This document shows positions 1-10,266 of a DNA stretch of 64,000 nt, in pieces. Within the stretch, counting starts at the first letter, position 1. Every line of letters begins with the position of its first letter. The notes below the pieces were generated by a model. The model searched no databases and was not told the DNA's origin. It worked only from the letters and a program-made list of their open reading frames with translations. The stretch is from Neocallimastix sp. 'constans' (taxonomy: Eukaryota): contig JBODTK010000103.1 in assembly GCA_050613775.1 (NCBI GenBank), positions 186,001 to 250,000 of the forward strand, given 5' to 3'. The translations under genes were made by a program, and so were the position numbers.

Positions 1-127
1 AAAATTTAAAAATTTAAATTAATGAATATAATTAATTTTTTTATTTTTAATTTATTAGTTCATGGATACAAAATTTTATTAATTACATTTAACAGTTAGT
101 ATTAAAGTTTTAAATGTTTAATTCATA

Positions 128-519
128 CATTATGTCCTAAAGAGGTTTTATCTTTATTTTTTTAATTCAGAAATAATATTAAAAATAAAAAAGTATTAAA
201 AAAATTAAATACTTAAATGTAATTTATATATAAAAATTGTAGAAATATTAAAGAAAATTAAAAATTATTACAAATGAATTAATTTGTAATAATTTTTTTA
301 TTTATATAAATACGATATCTTAATGATTTGAAATTGACTTTATATTTAAGAATTTCAAACATATATACCTAATATGAAATTAATATTGTAATTGAAAAAT
401 ATAAAACTAATGAAATCAATGTTGTAATTAAAAAATACAAAACTATAGTATACAAATTAATTGATAATGGAAGAACTAGAAATAGTATTGTTGAATTATG
501 ATTTAAATGCTTATTTTAA
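128..519 (+). pseudogene. Decayed MULE transposase C-terminal fragment
   Basis: 373-519 translates YEINIVIEKYKTNEINVVIKKYKTIVYKLIDNGRTRNSIVEL*FKCLF*, matching the C-terminus of the element-2 transposase (TDEIKILIENYKSKEINLFYNGCNRNELIKLWKECL). LCPKEV at ~130 resembles LCYHEV. Contains stops and a 36-bp internal duplication. Confidence 0.7.
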
Positions 520-1424
520 ATAATATAAATATTTATTTGATTTGTAATAAATGACAGAGTAATTATAAAATAAAAAAAGATTATCAGAATTCTTTTGTAA
601 ATAATTATTAATAGTTAAAAATATTCTTGAAAATCCATAATTGCTTTAAAATTCTAATATTTTTTTTAAAATTTTAATTTAAAATAAAAATTAAAATATA
701 CTTTTATCATTGAAATATATCTAAATATCTAAATTTTTTTTTATTATTTTTTATTTATATTTTTATCATTAATTTTATGGATATATAAGATTAATAAATA
801 TATAAGGTTAAATTTTTTTTTTTTCTTAAAACTTTTATTTAAATATTTTATTTTTAAATAATATTTTATTTGTGAAGTATATAAGTTTAAAAAAAATTTC
901 AACATATTTATGAACACTTATTATTAAAAAATATGTATAGTAAAAATATTGTTTTATTCGAAATAAATAATTAAATAGTTTAAAATATAAAGATATCTTT
1001 ATAATTGTATATTAATAATTATTTTATTATTATAATTAGTATTACATTTTTTTTATAGCTTAATTATTTTATTATTATTATTAATATTATTTTTTTATTA
1101 ATATTTTATTCTACATCATTACATCATTAAATATTTAAGGTTTAATTTTGTTGAATTATAGTTTTACTATTAAATAAAATAAGTACTAATTTACTGGGAG
1201 AGGTCCAAAACGCCAATTTTTTCACGTGATATATCAAATTTTGAGGCTTTTTAAATTAATAGTTATATGATACTATTTTGTTGTATTATTAATTTGTAAT
1301 TTTTTTCTTAAAATTTATTAAGTAAATGATTAAATAAATTATAATGGTTAGATAAAAATAAATATTTTTTTACAAAAAAAAAAAATAAAATAAAATATTC
1401 AAACAATTAAAAGGTTTATTTTAA

Positions 1425-1960
1425 AAAAAAAAATATTAATAAAATACTTTAACAATTATATAGATTTATTTATTTAAAAAATAATATTAATAAAATACTT
1501 TAACAATTATATAGATTTATTTATTTAAAAAAAAATATTAATAAATAAAATACTTTAACAATTATATAGATTTATTTATTTAAAAAAAAATATTAATAAA
1601 ATACTTTAACAATTATATAGATTTATTTACTTAAAAAATATTAATAAAATATTTAAACAACTATTAATAAAATACTTTAGCAATTATATAGATTTATTTA
1701 TTTAAAAAAAATATTAATAAAATACTTTAACAATTATATAGATTTATTTATTTAAAAAAATATGAATAAAATACTTTAACAATTATATAGATTTATTTAT
1801 TTAAAAAAAAATTAATAAAATATTTAAACAATTATTAATAAAACTAATTATAAACATTAATAATAAAATATAAAAATATAAAAATATATTATTGATATTA
1901 ATAATAAAGTATAAAAATATAGGATTATTTATTTTAAAAAAAATATTAATAAAATATTTA
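1425..1960. repeat. ~50-bp tandem minisatellite inside MULE 1
   Basis: Unit TATTAATAAAATACTTTAACAATTATATAGATTTATTTATTTAAAAAA repeated about 7-9 times with a variable A-run. Confidence 0.9.
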
Positions 1961-2176
1961 AACAATTATTAATAAAATAAATTATAATAATAAAATTATA
2001 GAATATTTATTTAAACTACATAAATTTTATCAAGTATATAAACATTTTAACTTTTTAATAATTATAAAATTTTAATTAATAAATTTAATTATAAGTTTTT
2101 GTATGAAAGAATTTTAATGATTTTTTCTTTTGGAAATTCCTCTGTCATTTCATAATTATTTATTATTAAATAATAT

Positions 2177-3598
2177 TTATAAAATATTATTTAAATTAGT
2201 TAAACATTCAAACCACAATTTAGTAAGATCACTTCTATCATATTTAATATTAATTAACTTGGCTTCTTTATTTTTGTATTTTTCAATTAAGATATTAATT
2301 TCATCAGTTTTTGTTTTTATTTTTTTTTTTCATTCTCCAAATTCCTTTTATTTTCATTTGGTAATCATAATATGATAAATGTTCCTGTTCTTTTAATTTA
2401 TTTATTAATTCATAAAAATTTGGTTTCATTGGAAATAGTTTATTTAAAGAATTATTGAGTGATTCTGAAGCATTATTGGTTATATGTTCAATATTATTAT
2501 AATAATTCCAACTTTTCATATCGTAACCAATTAAATATATTTCATAAAAATATTCTAAAAATTTTAAAAATTGACAAGAATTTTTTTCAATGGATTTAGT
2601 TTTAATTAATGAAAAAATATCCATTATGTATTCAGGGTTGATAAATGGTAAGTTTGAAATTCCTTTGTAATAATTAAATATTTTTTCATCATCGTTCACT
2701 TTATTACGGCACAATTCATTTTTTTTAACTTCTAATAAATTTTTATAATGCCAAATACAGTATTTAATATTTATATTAGGAAATATTTTTTTAACTGCTT
2801 TGGATATGCCTTTTTCAAAATCGCAATGTACATTTTTTGGTTCAGTTATAATATTATTATTAGAATTTTGTTTTAATTTATTGAATAACATTTTATATGT
2901 TTTTTGCTTTTTATTTCTTAATATTGCATAAGAAGTAGTATAAAAACTATTCAATTCTTTAACGTAAGTTCTAGTAATAAACACTTGTTGACTAAATTTA
3001 GGTGCGATATAAAAAGTACCATCCACAAATATATCATTATTATATTTCTTAAATAATTTTGCTTGAAAAGGGGATTGAAAAATTACTAAATCAGAATTTT
3101 TGAATATCATAAAATCTTCATTTCGTTCAGTTTTATAATATTCAGATTCATTAGGAATTTCATTAAAAGTTGTTACATTGGATGGTAGTTTTTTATTAAT
3201 ACTTCTTAATATTAGAGTTTTAACTGAAATATATTCTGGACACGGATATATAAATCCCATTTCTTTAGAAATTTCATTATATAGTCTTTTTCGTTTTATA
3301 TCAAAAGGATTTGAATGTTTTTTAATTTCATCTTTAATTTTATGTTTCATTACAGATAGGGATACACTATATTCTTTCCAGGATGATTATGTAAACTCTC
3401 ATATTTTAAGATTTCTTTCTCATTATTTAAAATAATAAAAGATTTACATTTATTATTTTTTTTATATTCGGTACATTTATAAACTCTTGAATTATCTTTC
3501 CTTGAATGTGAAAAATTAAATTTATATTGTTTATTAATAATGATTTGTTCTTCTCCTTTATTAGACTCACTTATATAAATAGTTATGTTTTCTTCCAT
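2177..3598 (-). pseudogene. MULE transposase (FLYWCH-like N-terminus + DDE core), two frameshifts
   Basis: Joins ORFs 3350-3598 and 2304-3350 and a tail ending at stop 2177-2179. Motifs YKC..C..HNH, FVDGTF, HCDFE, YCIWH (CxxH), TNNASES. One base is missing near 3375 and one is extra in the T11 run at 2320-2330. Confidence 0.88.
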
Positions 3599-4014
3599 TT
3601 ATAAATTTTAATATATAGTTTTTAATTATATCTTTTAAATTATTATATTAATTATCTAAATATTATTTTTTAATATTAATTCTGAACAATTAAATATTCA
3701 ATTTTTTTTAAAAGATAAAAAGTATTTTAATTATTTCTTTTTCTTTTAATTTTTTTAAAAAAAAACAGATACATAAAGTATATATGAAAATATTTTAATT
3801 TTTATTATTTAAAAATAAATTATTTATTTAATATATATAAAAAAAATTTAATTATTTATTTATTCTAAATTAATATTAATTATTTTTTTTAATATATACT
3901 AATAAAGAATTTATGAATTAATTAATTATTTTATTTATATTATAATCTAATTAAATTATTAACTTTTAAGTCTTTTTAAAACAACAAATATATATAGCAT
4001 TTTTTAGCATATAA

Positions 4015-4463
4015 AGTAGAACTGGGCTTTCTACTGGTTGTTATGTGGCGGACTTAATAATCATCTGGTATCTATTCTTTATCTGATTTTCCCGATAGGG
4101 TTTGGAGAAAGGGTAAAGGGGTTATAATGGCACAATTTCAGGTAAGTATTAATTCCGCTCCTACCATTATTGGATTGTCACGTATTTAATTTCTATATTT
4201 GATCACCCATGGCATCCTAGTGTAGTTGTATAGCCTATACTGTGAGGGTTATGAGTTCAATTTCTATAGGATAACACGGATGTTATTTGGCAAGACATGT
4301 CTACTGGAGCTACCTCTGCTTAGGAATTTGGAGCGCCGACGTCGTACTGATATAGTATAAGATATATATACCAAAGTATATATGTTCTTTACAAGCCCAT
4401 ATATATAATATGGGATAGACATGTGAATTCATATGTATAAAAACCTATTTATATATCTCTACA
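4015..4463. mobile_element. GC-richer insert in MULE 1, probable solo LTR (or SINE-like element)
   Basis: Abrupt GC increase. Ends are AGTAGA...TCTACA, one mismatch from canonical TG...CA inverted termini. No ORF and no clear TSD. Confidence 0.45.
4211..4276 (+). other. Degenerate tRNA-like sequence (A box/B box), possibly tRNA-His derived
   Basis: GGCATCC-TAGTGTAGTTG (A-box-like) ... CTGTGA ... GAGTTCAATT (B-box-like) ... GGATAAC. ATCCTA pairs with TAGGAT. Too short and mismatched to be a functional tRNA. Confidence 0.45.
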
Positions 4464-5497
4464 AAACGGTTGCTGTAATATATAAATAGTAATTGAAATG
4501 TGAACAACAAATTTTAATTTTTGAAATTTCAATTTACAGCTATAATTTAAGTCTTATAAAAATATTATTTTGTAATTTTTATTAATATTTAATATTTTAT
4601 TTATAAATTATATATAAAATAAAAGGTTTAATTCTATTATTAAGATGTTATAATAACAACTAAAGTTTTAGTTATAATATAAAAAATTAATATTTTAAAT
4701 AATATTAATTTAAATATAAATTTATAAAATAAAATTTTTTAATAATAAAATATAAAAATATTATATTGATATTAATAATAAAATATAAAAATATAAAAAT
4801 ATAATATTAATAGAAAAATATAAAAATATAATATCAATAATAAAATATAAAATATAAAAATATAATATAAATATTAATAATAAAATATAAAAAATAAGGT
4901 TATAAGGAAAATAATTATTTATCATTTTCCTTATAACATGATTGTCAAAAAAAAAAAAAAATTATATAAAAATATTTATTTTTTATTGACCTTTTTAATT
5001 TTTATTTATTTATTTATTTACTTATTTATTTATACATTTATTTCTTTTTTACTTAAAATTATATTAAATTTTATGGCGTAATAATATAAATTTTAAAAGC
5101 CACAAATAAATAGATGGCTTATTAAAATTTCAAAAAAAAAATTGGCGAAATGGACCACATTCTAATTTACCATATATAATTAAAATAAAAAAAAATAACC
5201 AGATGAAAAACCATTGAATTTTGTATAAAATTTCTAAAACGCTATTTATTACAATACGCCACATTACAATATCCACCATTGCAAAAATGGGGGGTGTGTC
5301 ATTTCGAAAATTTTTATTACATAAATTTGTATTTTGTTGTAGTGCATTTCGGAAAACATGGCGTATTATAATGTAATAAATAAATAAATGAATAAATATA
5401 TTATAAATGAATAAATAAATTTTTAAATAATAATAAAAATAATTAAGACAAACGTTTATTATGACTAAAAAAATTTTTTTTAGAAAATTAAATAAAA

Positions 5498-5528
<31 letters not shown>

Positions 5529-5619
5529 CTACATATATATAATAATAATTATATTTTTTTTATTTTATTTTAAATATTATTAATTATTATTAATACATTA
5601 ATACCTTGTTTATATTATC

Positions 5620-6185
5620 AACAGAAAATACAGATTGAATAAAATAAAATGAAATAAAATAAAATAAAATAAATAGTAGAAACATAAATATAAGTACAGA
5701 TTGAATAAAATAAAATAAAATAAAATAAAATGAAATAAAATAAAATAAAATAAAATAAAGTAAAATAAAATAAAGTAAAATAAAATAAAATAAAATAAAA
5801 TAAAATAAAATAAAATAAAATAAAAAGTAGAATATTAAATAAGAAAGTACAGATTGAATAAAATAAAATAAAATAAAATAAAATAAAAAGTAGAATATTA
5901 AATAAGAAAGTACAGATTGAATAAAATAAAATAAAATAAAATAAAATAAAAAGTAGAATATTAAATAAGAAAGTACAGATTGAATAAAATAAAATAAAAT
6001 AAAATAAAATAAAAAGTAGAATATTAAATAAGAAAGTACAGATTGAATAAAATAAAATAAAATAAAATAAAATAAAAAGTAGAATATTAAATAAGAAAGT
6101 ACAGATTGAATAAAATAAAATAAAATAAAATAAAAAGTAGAATATTAAATAAGAAAGTACAGATTGAATAAAATAAAATAAAATA
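5620..6185. repeat. 63-bp tandem minisatellite with embedded (TAAAA)n
   Basis: Unit AAGTAGAATATTAAATAAGAAAGTACAGATTGAA(TAAAA)n. GTAG anchors at 5827, 5890, 5953, 6016, 6079 and 6137, plus two degenerate upstream copies. Confidence 0.92.
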
Positions 6186-6614
6186 TAATATAATAATTAT
6201 TATATATATATAGGAATCTTATATATTTTAATTTTTTTTCATTTACTTTTCTAAAAAAAAAAAAATTTAGTTATAATAACGTTTGTCTTTTAATTATTAT
6301 ATTTTATTATAGTAAATAAAAAAATTTAAATGAAAAGTAAATAATTTTAATTATTTATAATTCATATTTTCATAAACGATATATATATATATATTAATTT
6401 AAATGATATAAGAATTAAAAATTAAAACAATAAGAGTTGAATAATTGATCCTATTAAAATAATTAATTATTTGCATAGTAATATTTATAATGTTTGATCA
6501 ATATGAATCAATTATTATTAAAATATAATAATAACAATTATAATTTTAATAAAATAATAAAAATCTTTTATTGAATTTAATATTTTTAATAACATAATTA
6601 ATTTTGAAAAGTAT

Positions 6615-6825
6615 GTTGATATTAATAAAATTTATAATAATATAATATTGATATTGATATTAATAAAATTTATAATTATATAATATTGATATTGATATTA
6701 ATAAAATTTATAATTATATAATATTGATATTGATATTAATAAAATTTATAATTATATAATATTGATATTGATATTAATAAAATTTTTAATTATATAATAT
6801 TGATATTGATATTAATAAAATTTTA
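6615..6825. repeat. 38-bp tandem repeat inside MULE 2
   Basis: Unit TATTGATATTAATAAAATTTATAATTATATAATATTGA, about 5-6 copies. Confidence 0.9.
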
Positions 6826-7048
6826 ACTAGTATCAAATAAATCGGTTTTAGTTATAAATTACTTAATAAAAATAACTAAAAGATAATTTCTATTAAGATT
6901 ATTAAATAAACACAATAGGTAAATAAATTTGTATTTTTCTAGCATTTTTTTAAATTAAGATTATTTAATTATTATTTAAACAATTATAAATATAAATTTA
7001 AAATAAATAAATTTTTATTTTTCTAGCATTTTTTTAAATTAAGATTAT

Positions 7049-8485
7049 TTATTTTAAATTAATATTTATATCGTTTAAATCAATTAAACATTCTTTCCAT
7101 AATTTAATTAATTCATTTCTGTTGCATCCATTATAAAATAAATTTATTTCCTTACTTTTGTAATTTTCAATTAAAATTTTAATTTCATCAGTTGCACTAA
7201 ATATTTTTTGCTTTTTTTTCCAATTTCCTTTAGTTCTCCTTTGATAATCATTATAAGATAAGTTTTCTTCTTCTTTTAATATATATATTAATTTATAAAA
7301 TAAAGGTTTATTTGGAAATATATTATTTAAGTAGCTATTATAAGATTCTGATGCATTGTTTGCTAAATGCTCTATATTTTCATAATAATTCCAATTATTA
7401 ACATTATACTTAAGTAAATAATTTATATTAAAATATTCTAAAAATTGTAGAAAATTATTATACTTTTTTTTTGACAAATTCTTTTTATTATAATATAAAT
7501 ATCAAATATATAGTTAGGGTTTATAAAAGGTAAGTTCGAAATAGCTTTATAATAAATATATACATCATTATTATTCTTCACTTCATGATAACATAATATA
7601 TTTTTTTGTTTTTCTAATGATCTTTTGTAATGCCAAACACAATATTTAATATTTATATTGGGAAAAACTTTTTTTGCGGCATTAGATATACCTTGTTCAA
7701 AATCACAATGAAAATTAATTGTAGTAATTAATGTATTACTCCTAAATTTATTTGCATTTTTTTTTTATTTCTTTAAATAATGTTTCATATGTAGATTGTT
7801 TTTTATTTTTTAATATAGAAATGGAAGTAGTGTAAAACATATTAAATTCCCCAACATAAGTTCTTGTTATAAATAACTGATAACTAAATTTCGGTGCTGC
7901 ATAAAATGTACCGTCCGCAAATATATTTTTATGATAATTCGAAAATAAATATGCTTGGAATGGTGATTGAAAGATTATTAGTTCAGTATTTGTAAATATC
8001 ATAAAATTTTCATTTCTTTTCGTTTTATAATATTTTGATTCAATGGGAATATCATCAAAATTTTTTATGCTTGGAGGAAATTGTTTATTTATATTTCTTA
8101 TTATTTGGGATCTAATTGTACTATATTCGGGACATATAAGTCCCATTTCTTGAGAAACGGCATTAAATATATGTTTAGGTTTTATATCCATAGGAATTGA
8201 ATTTTTCTTAATTTCTTCCTTAATTTTATGCTTTGCTACTGATATAGACACATCAATTTCTTTTTCGAGATGGTTATGTAAACTTTCATATTTTAAAACC
8301 TCCTTTTTATCATTTAAAATAATTAAAGATTTACATTTATTTAAAGTCTTATATTCAGTGCATCTATAAATTTTTGATTTATCTTTCCTTTGAAATGAAA
8401 AATTAAATTTGTGTTTTTTATTAATAATAATTTGTTCATTTCCTCGATTTGTTTCACTTATTTCAATTTCTATATTGTCTTCCAT
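7049..8485 (-). pseudogene. MULE transposase, two frameshifts in homopolymer runs
   Basis: ORF 7748-8485 (YRC..C..HNH, FADGTF), a stop-free middle segment in another frame (HCDFEQG, YCVWH, LPFINP), and ORF 7049-7477 (NNASES). Shifts fall at T10 (7757-7766) and T9 (7464-7472). Clear paralog of the element-1 transposase. Confidence 0.88.
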
Positions 8486-8699
8486 TAATAATTAAAATTT
8501 TTCAATAAAATATTTTAATAAATATACTTTTAAATGCTTTGAAACTTTTTTTTTTTTTTTTAATATTTAAAATAATAAACCTTTTTTTAATTTATTATAT
8601 AATTATTTAAATAATTATTTAATTATTAATTATTTATTATTTCTTTATTTACTATTTTATTTATTTATTTTTATTTTTATTTTTTATTATATTTTATTT

Positions 8700-8920
8700 T
8701 TTTTATTTTTTATTTTATTTTTCAATGTTTAAAAAAAAAGTTTTCTTATTTCTTATTTTTATTTTATTTTTTAAGCATTAAAAAATAAAATGTTTATTTA
8801 TTTTTTATTTTATTTTTCAATGTTTAAAAAAAAAGTTTTCTTATTTCTTATTTTTATTTTATTTTTTAAGCATTAAAAAATAAAATGTTTATTTATTTTT
8901 TATTTTATTTTTCAATGTTA
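8700..8920. repeat. 95-bp tandem duplication upstream of transposase 2
   Basis: TTCAATGTT anchors at 8721, 8816 and 8911 with matching intervening sequence. Confidence 0.88.
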
Positions 8921-9558
8921 AATAGAAATACCTAACCTAATTATTATTTATTGAAGTGTTGTATTTCGCCAAAAGTTGAATTTCGTCCAGTTGAATTTCG
9001 CCAAATTCTTGGTGGCTTATAAATTTACGTCATAAAATATTACCACATTTATTATTCACGCCATATTGTGAATATATGGCTTTTTAAAAATTGTAGAAAA
9101 AAGCCATAAAAATATGATACAATTAGATATATGCCCCACGTAAGATTACGTGTTTGAAAATTTTTGAGAATTGTAATTTAATTTAATTAATTAATTAATT
9201 ATTATTCATTAAAATTTTAATAAAATTAAGTGGCTTAAAATTAAAAATATTTAAGCCATACAACAAAATACAAATTTTTGTAATAAAAATTTTCGAAATG
9301 CACACTCCCCTGTAAAATGAAAATGAAAATACTACCTTAAAATTATTAATTAATTAATTAATTAATTAATTAATAAATTTAATTAATTTTTATTTAAAAT
9401 AGTTATTTAAAGCATTATTATTTTCTCTTTTTTATAATAGTAAAAAAATAATAAAAAAAAAAAAAGAATAAAAAAATAAAGAATTAGATATAGAAATTAA
9501 ATTAATACAGTAAAAGCACTATTTTTATGGATAGAAGTTTATAGCAAAGGAAAAAATC

Positions 9559-10266
9559 ATGTTAAAGCAATCAACCTTAGATCTTGTAAAAAGCGAAGAA
9601 AATAATTTCAAAAAATTATTTTCAATAAGTATAGTAAAATCATATAGTTATCAAAGGAGATTTATAGATTACGTTGGTAAATATAGTAAATGGAATACAA
9701 ATGTAAAAGAAGGAACTCTTTTGTTAGATAACAGGAAATTTAATGTAGAATACATTGGCACCACTAGCAATTCAGATAATTATTGGTACTCAGCAGATTT
9801 TGAAAAACAAATTCCAGCAGAATATGTTAATTTAATAATCCAAGCTAAAGAAAATTTACAAAAACTTAATATCAATTCTTTAGCTACTGAAAAAATTACA
9901 CTTGATGATGAGGAAGAGACATTAATAAATGGTTATAATTTATCTTTGATATATATGGCTTTTGCCCCAGTAAATACAGCATTATTCAAAGGCAGTGGAC
10001 CTACCTCAATTTATATGTTTGTAAAAGATTTACCAGAAAAAGTATTTGAACGAATTACTAAAGATGAATTCCCTTTTATAGTAATGGAAATTCTTGAATC
10101 TTTTAATGTAGAACACAAGCTTATGATAAAAGCATTAGCTAATGAATTTGATTACACCTACAGAGAAATAGATAATAACATCGAGGTTACATTTTCTGAA
10201 AATTCTAAATTAATATTTAAGTTTAATGGTAAATACTTGGAAAACATTAGTGGTGAATTAAAATAA
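9559..10266 (+). CDS. Intronless 235-aa protein, DUF6882-like (bacterial-type), candidate horizontal transfer
   Basis: Complete single-exon ORF with globular composition. The pattern Q..F...G...W......G.L.......YIGT......W recalls bacterial DUF6882 proteins. The family call is from memory, not from a search. Confidence 0.6.
   Translation: MLKQSTLDLVKSEENNFKKLFSISIVKSYSYQRRFIDYVGKYSKWNTNVKEGTLLLDNRKFNVEYIGTTSNSDNYWYSADFEKQIPAEYVNLIIQAKENLQKLNINSLATEKITLDDEEETLINGYNLSLIYMAFAPVNTALFKGSGPTSIYMFVKDLPEKVFERITKDEFPFIVMEILESFNVEHKLMIKALANEFDYTYREIDNNIEVTFSENSKLIFKFNGKYLENISGELK

Larger units (their letters stand above)
1196..5162 (-). mobile_element. Mutator-like DNA transposon (MULE), element 1, ~4.0 kb
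   Basis: Imperfect TIRs: left GGGAGAGGTCCAAAACGCCAATTTTT, reverse complement of right end GAATGTGGTCCATTTCGCCAATTTTT. 9-bp target-site duplication (TSD) TAATTTACT (1187-1195) / TAATTTACC (5163-5171). Internal MULE transposase. Confidence 0.88.
5289..9310 (-). mobile_element. Mutator-like DNA transposon (MULE), element 2, ~4.0 kb
   Basis: ~50-bp TIRs: left GGGGGGTGTGTCATTTCGAAAATTTTTATTACATAAATTTGTATTTTGTTGTA, right reverse complement GGGGAGTGTGCATTTCGAAAATTTTTATTACAAAAATTTGTATTTTGTTGTA. Degenerate TSD TGCAAAAAT / TGTAAAATG. Internal transposase. Confidence 0.85.

Noticed and set aside
3348..3352. TAATG stop/start overlap suggesting a coupled two-gene transposase
   Set aside because: The paralog in element 2 is continuous across this point (HNHLEKEIDVSISVAKHKIK), and a 1-bp deletion near 3375 explains the split.
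5620..6185. Regularly spaced repeats resembling a CRISPR array
   Set aside because: The intervening sequences are identical (TAAAA)n rather than unique spacers, there are no cas genes, and the context is eukaryotic.
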